A stretch of 37,917 nt of DNA from Emiliania huxleyi CCMP1516 (taxonomy: Eukaryota): the NCBI RefSeq assembly GCF_000372725.1, contig NW_005201192.1, positions 759,445 to 797,361 on the forward strand, read 5' to 3'. The translations under genes were made by a program, and so were the position numbers. Of this stretch, positions 1-10,016 are shown in pieces. Numbering within the stretch: position 1 is the first letter of the stretch; the number at the start of each line of letters is the position of its first letter. A model generated the notes under the pieces. That model saw only the letters and a list, made by a program, of their open reading frames with translations, ran no database searches and was not told the DNA's origin.

Positions 1-755
1 GGGTGGGGTGGGAGGGGGGGGGGGGGGCACGGGTACGGTGTGGCCTTCGTTTCTTTCGCCAGTCCCGTGCCCAGTGTTGTGCGAGGGAGTTTTGTTGTAA
101 GATTCTTTCGAATTTTCGTTCGGGGTTCATGTACGTGGCATCTCTTCTGTAACGGTCGTTGGAGGGAGCGCCCTGGAGATGAGAGGGTCGCAGCCGGATG
201 TAGGCGTAGTCCGTACACCGTAGAGCGGTGTGACGCAGGTGATGTCGACTCCACGACCTAGATGGTTTTTAAAGCACACTCACACCATACCATGCGAGGT
301 GTCCGAGGAGGGGGCTGGCTTTTGAGCCTCTCTCCGCAACCGTTGCCGAATCGCTTGGCTGCCCCTCGGTAGAGCTCTACCCGTTACCGCTTGGGCTCTG
401 CCAGCTGTGACGTCCCCGGGCGCCGCGGGGCAATATATGTATGTATTAGTAGGAAGGTGATAGTACAGTCGTTGGTGCGCTTTTTCGTGTGGCGATTCCG
501 GGCAACGATTTTCATCTGACCCCTCTGGCGCCTACCATGGGCTCTAGCAGTGCACTGACTGCCTCGCTCTTCACAAGTAGAAGAGAAAGAAAGTGCGGAT
601 GACACTAGTTGTAGTTCACTCTCTCTCGCACTCACTCCCCGGCACACAGCGAGGCACACAGCGAGGCACTTGTGCGCAGTGCCGCACGGCCGACGCACGC
701 AGCGCCGTGTCGCAAAGCCAAAGGCACGCGTTCTCACACATGCTGGTTTCTCGAC

Positions 756-2534
756 TCATGCCACAGCGTTGCAGTACTTCTTGTGGTATGCCCAGTCCCG
801 CTTCTGGCATTCTCGAGAGCAGTAGCGCACCGCCTTGCATCGCGAGCATTTGCTCATGCGATTGACTGCCAAGCGGGCCATGCAGCTCGAGCACCGCTTC
901 GGATCCAGCTCCAGCAACTCCTGCCTCCAATCGACGTTTCGCTCCTCAAGTAAATCTTCTGCTGTCACGCAGAATCGTGCATTGAACTGCTCCATCCCGC
1001 TCGTCCCGAGGCTCAAATCTGCTGCCCATGCGGAACCGTGTTTGTACGGTTTGTAGGGACAGAACCAGCTGGATTCGTCGTCATCGTTGATCTTCATGGC
1101 ATACCCAGCGCCAGCCCACCGTGGGAGCCCCGTGGAGCGGATCTCGACGAGGCCGTAACGGTGCATCAGCCATTGGATGCGAAGCGGCAAGTGTTCGAAT
1201 TGCCCAAGAAGCCGATTGTGGTAGATGTCAGCGTACTCCTCTGCCTCCTCCATGCACACGGCACAGTGGCTAGCCACCTCCGACGACGGACCGCCGTCGT
1301 CAGATCCCACAAGCGAGCTCCGAATAGCGACGACCCTACGCAGGCGCACTTGCTGCTCCAAACAGGCAACGGCGTACCACGGGAGCTCCAGCCCGATGCG
1401 TTCACCGCTGTCGAGCCCTAGCTCGCGCCGCAAGAACGCGAGGCTGAATCCGCGTTCGTCACCAACGGATGACATGGCTCTTTCGAGCTGGCGATTGGCG
1501 ACCACGCTAATTCCAGCATCGGCCAACCCGCGCTGCCTCAGAGCTCTTATCGCCACATCCATCTGGCGCGTGCAATCCGCGTACGCACGCTGCAACTCGA
1601 TGCACTCGTCGGACGAAACGTCGTCGCGCCCGTGGTATCTTGCCTGCTGGTACCGGCTGTCGGGCCGTGCCTCGAGCGTCACGTTGCTCAGCAATGGCAC
1701 GAGGCTCTCGCCTGCGTCGCCCGCCTCACCCGCCGCTGCCGAAGGCTCCGCCATGCGCTGACCCGAAAAAACGCCCACGCCGCCCGATGCCGCCTGTGCC
1801 GTAACCTCTGCAGCGGCCTCGCGCCGACGCCGATTCGCCACCCCCTCCTCATGCGCCTCCTCGAGATATGTCCTGAAGGCCGCGATGCACTCCTCATGGC
1901 CCTGCTGCTGGGCAAACTGCAGCGCAGTCTTGCCGTCCTCATCGCGGGCCATGCACCCTTCGCGCCCAGCCCGAAGAAGCACGAGGACCGTGGCGGGATG
2001 GTTGAAGAAAGAGGCGGCCATCAGCGCAGTCCTGCCGTTTTTTGTTCGCTGATTGACCTCCGCGCCGTGCTCCAGCAGCGCTTCGACCACCCGCACGTGG
2101 CCGTTGTTGGCGGCGGCCATCAGCGCCGTAGTGCCGATGCTGTCTTGCGCGTCCGGCTTCGCGCCCCGCTTCAGCAGAAGCTCGACCAGCTGCTTGTGAC
2201 CGTTGGCGGCGGCGATCAGCAGGAGCGTCCAGCCACTCGCACCGCCACGCACGCACGTCGCGTCAAGCAGCCCGTCCCCGGTGAGCCACGTCTGCACCAC
2301 GCCCGCCTTGCCGTCCTCCGCCGCGGCTTGGATCTTTTTCGGCAGCGCGAGCGACGCAGCCTGTGACGCCTTTGAAGCGCGTCCGCGCCGGGAGGCGGCT
2401 GAGCCAGCTTTTGGTCGGCCAGGCATGGAAGCGCTCGTCGTAAAGAGAAGCCCGGCGGCGGTGGCGGGGAGCGTGGCGGGGAGTAAAGAATTTACCGTGG
2501 CGCGGTGCTCCGCGGTCGCCGCCTGCGGCATCAT
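756..2534 (-). CDS. Ankyrin-repeat protein with C-terminal MYND zinc finger (intronless ORF, 592 aa)
   Basis: About four ankyrin repeats (GWTLLLIAAANGHKQLVELLLKRGA, GTTALMAAANNGHVRVVEALLEHGA, GRTALMAA, GKTALQFA) and a C-terminal CSSC..CSRCKAVRYCSRECQKRDWAYHKKYC MYND pattern. The start codon is uncertain. Confidence 0.9.
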   Translation of the reverse strand: MMPQAATAEHRATVNSLLPATLPATAAGLLFTTSASMPGRPKAGSAASRRGRASKASQAASLALPKKIQAAAEDGKAGVVQTWLTGDGLLDATCVRGGASGWTLLLIAAANGHKQLVELLLKRGAKPDAQDSIGTTALMAAANNGHVRVVEALLEHGAEVNQRTKNGRTALMAASFFNHPATVLVLLRAGREGCMARDEDGKTALQFAQQQGHEECIAAFRTYLEEAHEEGVANRRRREAAAEVTAQAASGGVGVFSGQRMAEPSAAAGEAGDAGESLVPLLSNVTLEARPDSRYQQARYHGRDDVSSDECIELQRAYADCTRQMDVAIRALRQRGLADAGISVVANRQLERAMSSVGDERGFSLAFLRRELGLDSGERIGLELPWYAVACLEQQVRLRRVVAIRSSLVGSDDGGPSSEVASHCAVCMEEAEEYADIYHNRLLGQFEHLPLRIQWLMHRYGLVEIRSTGLPRWAGAGYAMKINDDDESSWFCPYKPYKHGSAWAADLSLGTSGMEQFNARFCVTAEDLLEERNVDWRQELLELDPKRCSSCMARLAVNRMSKCSRCKAVRYCSRECQKRDWAYHKKYCNAVA

Positions 2535-2954
2535 CGCCGCCCAGGCGTCGCTAGCAGGGGCGTTCCGATGTGCTCCGATGTGTTACGACTCGCTCTCCAG
2601 TGTCACGCTTTTGGTCGACGGGATACCCCCCCCCCGACCCCCCCCCCCCCCTGGACGCGTCCACCCTCCGTCCAACATTCGCATCCCCTCTTTTACATAC
2701 ATAAAACCTTCTAGCGAGACACGCGTGGCGCTGGCGGGGGCCAGTGTCTCGAGTGTGCACGGCGAATGGCAATGGGCGAACCCGCGCCTGATATACTCTG
2801 CATACATCGAAATGGCAAGATGGAGTGTACAACTACAAGTAAAAATGCGGGCAACGCAAATTTAAGTGCACCCTTAGTCGGCAAGAGTGCGCCTGCAGCC
2901 ACACTGCATCGCGCCGACCCGCGACCGCCGCCCGCCGCACACCGCCGCCCGCCG

Positions 2955-5455
2955 TCACGCTCCTACCAGCAGCGGCAAGCCCACCGAGAAGAGGTCGAGG
3001 GTGGGGTCGAGCTGCCTACCCAGCCCCTCGAGGACGACGATCGCGCAGACGAGGGTCGTGAAGACGGGGTCGGGCTGCACGTGGTGCGTGCGCACGAGGC
3101 TGGTCACCTCGAGCAGAACCTCGCCCACCTTGAGGTGGCGCAAGTTGAAGGCGCCGCGCTCGCCCGCGCGCGCGCTCTCGACGAGATTCCTCATCCCGCG
3201 CCGGAAGGCGGCGGGGTCGTCGCAGCGCTGCTCGCGCGCGTGGCGCAGCATCAGGTCGCCCGCGAGCTCGCCTAGCCGAGATGCAGCCGAGATGCAGCCG
3301 AGATGCAGCCGAGATGCAGCCGAGATGCAGCCGACATGCAGCCGAGATGCAGCCGAGATGCAGCCGAGACACACCCGCGCTCGTCTGGCAGAACGCGGAG
3401 TGGAGGGAGCGGGCCAAAGGCGCGGGAGGCGGGGCGAGGAAGGGGGGAGGGGGAGGGGGGGCGAGTCGCACCGTCGCCCTGCCCGATGGCCTTGAAGAGG
3501 CTGAGGAAGTTGCGCCGGTCCCGCTCGGTCAGCTCGACGACCAAGCCAGCCTGCGAGAGAGGCGCACGAGAGAGGCTCGCCACGGGTGGGCTCCGAGAGG
3601 TAGCAATCTCGGCCTGCTCTCGGCTGCGAGCAGGCGCGCGTCGATAATGCCGAGCCTGACCTCCCCCGCGCCTCCTCCGCCGCCCTCGCCGCCGGCCGGC
3701 AGGACGAGGATGTTGCCCGGGTGGAGGTCGGCGTGGACAAAGTTGTGCCTGCAGAGCGGCGGAGGGGCGGAGCCGATGTGGCGGGGAGGGCGGCGGAGGG
3801 GCGGAGCCGATGTGGCGGGGAGGGCGGCGGGGTCCTGCTCCAGGGTGCCCCGGTCACTCAGGAGCGCGCGCAGGAGGCAGCACTCCTGATACCATAGGGA
3901 GGACGGCGCCACCCCGGGAGCGCGCGCGCGCCGCGCGCTCTCTCGGCTACATCGCGGCGGCTCGCGCGCCGAAGCACCATAGTAAGGAAGGTGCGCAGCC
4001 CGAGCCTCGCCAGCTCGCTTCTCCGCGCCTCCCGCGCCGCGCCGCGCGCCTCGAGCTCCGCCGCCGCGCGGACGGCAGCGCTCGCGTCCGCGCTGCTCGC
4101 GGCGCCCATCCCCGCAGCCTGCATCGCCTCGGCCGCCGCCTCGTCCGCCGCGAGCAGCGCGGCCGCCTCCCCCTCCGCCGCGGCGGCGTCCTCCTCGAGC
4201 AGGGAGGAGAGGGTCTGCCCGGGCAGCAGCGTCTCGACGAGCACCCTCCGCGCCACCAGCCCTTCCTCGCGCAGAGGCCGCGGCACCTCCACGCGAGGGT
4301 CGACGGCGAAGTTCGCGCGGAAGGCGTCGAGGTTGCGGGCTTCGAGCCGCAGGTCGAGCTGGGACCGCATGAAGGCCGCAAACTCGTCGACCATCTGGGG
4401 AAGGGCGAGCCAGCGCAGGCCAGGCAGCAGAGGGGAGAGGAGGAGCTCGAAGGCGCCGCACGCGCCGCGAAGCAGGTAGAGGTCGTCAGCGACCTGGAGG
4501 CAGGGTCCGAGAAGGGTCCGAGAAGGGTCCGAGAAGGGTCCGAGAAGGGTCCGAGAAGGGTCCGAGAAGGGCTCCACAAGTGGTGCAGCTGCCTGCCGCT
4601 CGACATGCGGGTGGAGCACCTCGAGGGCAGAGGGGCGGGCCGTGAGGAGGCGCTCTTCGGAGTCGACGCGTGAGTGGGCGCACCACCTTGACGGCGAGGG
4701 GCACGCCGCCCACTGTCGCGCGGTGCACCTGCGCAATGCAGCCCGAGCCGAGGGGCGCAGCAGAGAGGCTTCCCAGCAGCTCCTCGGCGGGCGCGGTGGC
4801 GCCGAAGGAGGCGGAGATCGCGGCGCGCGAGAGCTCGAGCGCGTGCGGCTCGACTCTCGAGTGCAGCTCGCCTGTCCACGCCTCGAGCCGTGAGGCGTTC
4901 ACACCCTCGCGCCCGCCCTCGAGTGGAGGCCCTCGAGTGGAGCTCGCCGAGCGTCGCGCAGAGCGAGGCGGGCAGCACGTCGGGTCGCGTGGAGGCCCAC
5001 TGGCCGAGCTTCGTGAGGCACGGGCCGCCGCGCTCGAGCGCGTGCACCAGAGCGCGCTCGAACCGCGACTGCCACGCTCTGCCGCGAAGCAGGAGCGCCG
5101 GCAGCAGCAGCAGCAGCGGTCGCAGCAGCAGCAGGCCCAGCGCAAAGGCGCGTGCGAGCAGTCGCAACGCACCGAGTGCTGAGCGCGGCCGACCATCGAG
5201 CGATAGAGAGGCCGATTCGGCTTCGGGTACTATCGCCGCCTGCCGGGCCGCGACCCGCCTCTGCACAGCAAAGGCTGGCGTGCCGCCGTGGAGGAGGAGC
5301 AGCGCGGCAAAGCTTTGCGGCGGTGGGCGGCAACTTAAGATACGGTGCAATGCGGTGCTCCGGCCGCAGAGAGAGCGACGAGGCAAAGCGACGGAACGCG
5401 CGAGCCGTAACGCGGTCGGAGAGCTGTCGGCGACGGTTCGGGCCAGTCGGAGCAT
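2955..5455 (-). CDS. ABC1/UbiB atypical kinase, ADCK2-like, multi-exon, with probable mitochondrial presequence
   Basis: Spliced motifs GPCLTKLGQWASTRPD, PLGSGCIAQVHRA, AVKV, LDLRLEARNL, HNFVHADLHPGNILV, IIDAGLV, VVLEGLGRQLDP. The N-terminus is Arg/Ser-rich (MLRLARTVADSS). About six introns inferred, e.g. 4872-4947 and 3551-3639. Confidence 0.9.
3275..3369. repeat. Intronic 11-bp tandem repeat (GCCGAGATGCA), about 8 copies
   Basis: Directly visible; lies next to the 3' acceptor of an ABC1 kinase intron. Confidence 0.95.
4502..4571. repeat. Intronic 11-bp tandem repeat (AGGGTCCGAGA), about 6 copies
   Basis: Directly visible, inside an ABC1 kinase intron. Confidence 0.95.
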
Positions 5456-5642
5456 TGCGACAAAAAAAGTCGCGGGCGGAAACAGAAAGAAGGAGCCTCC
5501 ACACAGGGATTTCAAAGGAGAAAGGACCCGCCAATAAAGGCGAGTTTCTTATGAGCGCCCGCCGAGGGCGAGGCACCCTCTCTCCATCTCTCTCTCTCAC
5601 CGGCCGGTCCTTCCTCCCCAGCTGCTCGCCCCAGGAGAAGAC

Positions 5643-6233
5643 ATGAGTTCACCCGCCGATAGCGTGAACGCGTCGGGTGACGATCACCTCGATGCGGCAG
5701 CCTCGGCGATGCTGCACTCCAGGTCGCGCCTCCCGGGCCAATGCGGCGATAGAATGGGCCAGTGCACCGCGGGTGGTCACCTCGCCCGGCTCTCGATGGA
5801 GGAGCGGGGACTGGTGGTGATGGAGTCACCGGCTATGGGTCGGGCGCGCGTGGCGACGGCTACGGATGCGCGGCTAGCTGAGATCCGTGCCCTGCCGGAC
5901 ACGAGCGGAACCTGGGTCACCCCTGCTCGCCGCGTGCCCGACTCGCCAGAAGGGGGAGGAAAGTCGGCTCTGCGACCCTCGAGCAGCCCAGGCGCGCGGG
6001 ATTGCGGCTGCGGCCGCACGGTCAGCTTTGCCCCGTTCACCGACGAGGGTCAGCCAGAGGAGGGCGCCGCGTCCTCCGCCAGTGACGGGCGGGTGAGTCA
6101 CTGGCTCGCAGCGGCACCCGAGTGCTTCGCCATCGCCTTCCTCATCGCAATCGCGCTATCGCTCGCCTTCCACTCGCTGCATATGCCGCCGGTGTCGCCG
6201 CCGTCGCCGCCACCGCCACCGCCACCACGGTGA
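5643..6233 (+). CDS. Hypothetical protein with one TM segment and a Pro-rich tail
   Basis: 196-aa ATG ORF divergent from the ABC1 gene, with hydrophobic CFAIAFLIAIALSLAF followed by poly-Pro. No family recognised; it may continue through an intron. Confidence 0.4.
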   Translation: MSSPADSVNASGDDHLDAAASAMLHSRSRLPGQCGDRMGQCTAGGHLARLSMEERGLVVMESPAMGRARVATATDARLAEIRALPDTSGTWVTPARRVPDSPEGGGKSALRPSSSPGARDCGCGRTVSFAPFTDEGQPEEGAASSASDGRVSHWLAAAPECFAIAFLIAIALSLAFHSLHMPPVSPPSPPPPPPPR

Positions 6234-6702
6234 AAAGAGACATGAAAAGGACATGAACTGGTGACGCAACGATCGGGCCGTTCGGGCTCACCATCCTCGC
6301 CCTCGGATTCTCCTCCCGCTAAACCTAAGAAAGAAAGAAAGAAGACAGGGAACCCAAGGGAGGACGGCACGCCGCCACGTTGAGGCTGCTCTGAGCGGCA
6401 ACAAGGCGATGTCCGATGACATCCTGCCTACCGGCGCGCCGGGAGGAGGTGCAGGTGGTTGCTCCGCCGCCGGACCGCCCTCTCCACCACCCTCGCCCAG
6501 GGATCTACAATGCTGTCTTAAGGTCCGCCGACAGCATCGGGCACCGCCTCGGTACTCGAGTAGACAAAATGCGCCTGCGGGCGGACCCTGACAGATCACA
6601 GATCACTTGTACGATGCTGCTACTGCCTTTTTCTCACCTCACTCTCACATCTTGTTTGCTGCGTTTCTTCACCCCACTCGTGCGCAGCTGTAGGAATACA
6701 CA

Positions 6703-8017
6703 ATGGTGCTGAGCGGCAGCATCACCTTCCTCTACTCCTCGCGACTCGCCGACGCACGACGCTTCTACAGCCACGATCTTGGCCTCCCGCTCCGCCGCGA
6801 CGGTGGCGTGCTCTTCTTTGCTCTCCCGGGTGGCGCCGCGTCGCTCGGGATCGTGCCAGAGGGGACGAGCGCGGCGGCGAGTCCACCCGTGAGCGCGGTG
6901 ACCGCCGGACGCGACACGGCCATGGTGTGCCTGCTGACGGACGACGTCGACGGCACCTACGCAAAGGCGCTGGCGGGCGGGCGGTGCTCGGCGGAGCAGC
7001 CGCCGCGAGCGACGGAGCGGTTCGGCATCTACAACGCTCTGCTGCGCGACCCGGACGGGTACCTCGTCGAGCTGCAGCGCTTTACCGACGCGGCGGAGCA
7101 GCGAGAGTTTTGTGGCGGGTCGGCAGCGTCGGAGGCGGCGTCGGATCAGGCGGCGGCGGCGGCGGCGGAGGCGGCGGCGGCGGCGGCGGAGGCGGCGGCG
7201 GCGGCGGTGGAGGAGTCGGCGGTGGCGACGGCAGAGGTGGCGAAGGCTCCGCTCGTCGTCGCCGTCGGGAGCAAGAACCCTGTCAAAGTCAACGCGGTGC
7301 GCGCCGGCTTTGCCGCCGCCTTCCCGCTGACAGCGCTCGAGGTGGTTGCGTACGACATCCCGAGCGGCGTGTCCGACCAGCCGTGGGGCGAGGCGGAGAC
7401 GCGGCAGGGGGCTCTCAACCGGGCGGAGAACTGCCTCGGCGCGCACTGCCTCGGCCACGGCGGTGCGGCTCCTCCTCTCGCGCCCACCACCGCCCTCTCC
7501 CTCTCCCTCCCTCTCCCTCCTTCTCCCCCTCTCCCTATCTCTCTCTCTGTAGCAGCCGCACCGCGACTCCTCCTCCCCGGCGCCACCACCTCCCCGGCGC
7601 CACGCAGGTGCGATGCCCGACTTCGCCGTCGGAGTCGAGGGCGGCGTGGCGGAGTGCAGCCTATCATCCCTCCACCCAGGCACGCCCGGCCTCGACTCCT
7701 GCACCGAGTGCTTCGCCTTCCTCGCCGTGATGCGCTCGCCGGCGAGCGAGGCGGGCGTCGCGTGGGGCGTGGCGCGCACCGGGTCCTTCGCGCTGCCTCC
7801 GCGCCTCGCCGCCCTCGTCAAGTCCGGCGTCGAGCTCGGCGACGCCGACGACAGAGTCTTTGGCGACAGCGGGAGCAAGCGCAAGGGCGGCACGGTCGGC
7901 AAGCTCACGCGCGGCCTGGTGGACCGTACCGCGTACTATGAGCATGCGATGCACCTCGCGCTGGCGCCGTTTGTGCACGGAGAGGAGTTCCCAGGGCTGT
8001 ACGACGCGGGGGAGTGA
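6703..8017 (+). CDS. Fusion of a glyoxalase/VOC domain and a YjjX-like non-canonical purine NTP (ITP/XTP) phosphatase; one intron 7463-7607
   Basis: N-terminal ARRFYSHDLGL...LRDPDGYLVELQRF (VOC fold), then an Ala-rich linker, then VAVGSKNPVKVNAV, PSGVSDQPWGEAETRQGALNRA, DFAVGVEGGV, GVELGDADDRVFG and GTVGKLTRGLVDRTAYYEHA (YjjX motifs). The GT-AG intron restores the frame. Confidence 0.85.
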
Positions 8018-8188
8018 GCGTGTGGTGAGTACGCACGCCCCGTGTTGCATGTCTGACTGTCACTGTGCGGTTTCGGGGCCCGGGGTTGTGCGTTTCGAAG
8101 TGAGTGCGCACACCCAATTCGACAGAAAACTTCTTTTTTTATTTCATCAAATACGGCGACCATCGACCCACGCTGTCAGTGACGAAGG

Positions 8189-9747
8189 ATGGCCAGCTCT
8201 GTGATCGCCGTGTCTCCCTGGAGCACAAATATTACTGTCGTTGATGGCATGCCCGCGGCGTCCAGCTCTCGGTACGCCATTGAGATGCTGGCATGCTGGC
8301 TAAGCTTTGTCACCTTCAACCTCGGCTGGGTCGCCATGACATCGCCGAAGGACGACCGCTGGCGGCGGATGCGCTTCATCTGTATGATGTGGCCGCAGCA
8401 GTTTCTCGCCATCGTGAGCCGGTTTCTCGTCATGAGGTTGGTCAAGCTCGCCTCATGGGAGGGGCTCGACCATCCGGCCCTCTACTGGCCTCTCCTCTTG
8501 CCGATCGGCGTCTTTGAGACCTGGTCCATCCAGGCGATGGCGGACGTGTACGAGTCGCGGCCCGTCAAGCCCGTGTGTCTGAAGCAGGTGCTGAACCAGC
8601 TCAAGATCACCACTGCAGAGTCCATCGGGGTAACGGTGGGCTACAAGATCTGGCCTTGGGTTCGCATCGACGACCCGACCGTCGAGTCGCTTCTCCACGC
8701 CACCTGGCGCACCTTTGTCTTTGACATCGGGCTCGACATCGGCTTCTACACCTTCCACCGCGTGTGCCACGTCAACCGCGCGCTCTGCTGCTGTCGCACC
8801 TCGCGGCACCGCCACGTCCGTGACTTGTCCGTGGCCACGTCCCGCAGGCACGCTCTACCGCTGGCTGCACGCGCAGCACCACACCGACACGGCCAAAGAG
8901 CACGGTCACCTAGTCGCGCACGAGACCTACGAGGTCAGCCTCGTCGAGGCGATCTCCATCCTGGGCGCGCACAGGGACCTGGCCGAGATCTCGCCGAGAT
9001 TGCCCGAGATTTCCCGAGGCAAAGCGCGCGCCTCCGTCCTCGGCTCCTGCCTCCATCAAACCTCCCCGAGCCATCACACAACGACACGACCCAAAGTGCC
9101 CTCAGGCTCGTACCTCATCGGGTTCGAGCTCATCGGCCTGCTCTACAACTACACCCTCTTCGACATCGCCCTCCTCGTCTCGTGGGCACCGAATCGCCAC
9201 CGCAGTGGCAAATCGCGCGACTCGTCCACGACGCACCCACGCGGCACGACCCCATAGGCGCTCAGCGTCGCGCCGCTCGACCAGGTCGGGTGTGTGTGAA
9301 GGGGGAGTCTTCACCTCTTGAGCCGTGAGTAGGCCCACCTCGTCGAGCTGCTCGGCCACACGCAAATGTCGTGGACCGTGAACGGCCCGCCCGCCCCTGC
9401 CCCATCCCTGCCCCACCGCCGCCACCGGCCGCCAGAGACGGACAGTCCTACCTCGCCGCGCCCGCATGCAGGCCACCCTCTGCGCATCATCCCAGAGGTG
9501 CTCAACCTCGACCTCAAGGCGAGAGACCCGAGACGACCCGAGAGGACCCGAGAGGACCCGAGCGCACTCCCTCCCGCAATGCTCCCAGGTGCCCGACCAC
9601 ACCATGCACCACACCAAGCCCCTCTCCAACTTCTCCAAGCGCCTCACGCTGCTTGATCACCTCTTCGGCACCTACGAGCCGCCCGGCGACGAGTACGGCA
9701 CCATCACGCTCAAGGACCTGGCCAAGGCAAAGGCCAAGGCGGCGTGA
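8189..9747 (+). CDS. Fatty-acid hydroxylase / sterol desaturase superfamily membrane protein, multi-exon
   Basis: His boxes FYTFHRVCH, LYRWLHAQHH, ELLGH and DHTMHH...NFSKRLTLLDHLFGT, plus several TM segments. Introns include 8778-8847. Confidence 0.85.
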
Positions 9748-10016
9748 GGGTGGGCGACGGGCGTTCGCGCAGACCACTGACCAGTGTGCTGCCCCTGCGC
9801 CGCGCGCGCTCGACTGCGCCCCGCTCTGGCCTCTGCTCAACGCCTGGAACCGGGCCGTGTACGTTTTAGCTTACTGGGAGAAAGGGGGGCGGCAGGTGTC
9901 TCTCTCTCGCGTGTACGATTAATTGTGATTCCTTTTGCGATTTGCAAGAGGATTTACCCGCTTCAGCGTCCGTCCCGAAGCGGACGCACGCGCGGCCGTG
10001 GAGTTGGCAATGCAAT

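Noticed and set aside
3275..3369. Tandem arrays as CRISPR
   Set aside because: Head-to-tail 10-11-mers without spacers, in eukaryotic introns, and no cas genes.
6634..7908. Long Arg/Ala/Pro-rich antisense and alternative-frame ORFs here and throughout the window
   Set aside because: These are shadow ORFs of very GC-rich coding DNA with no recognisable motifs.
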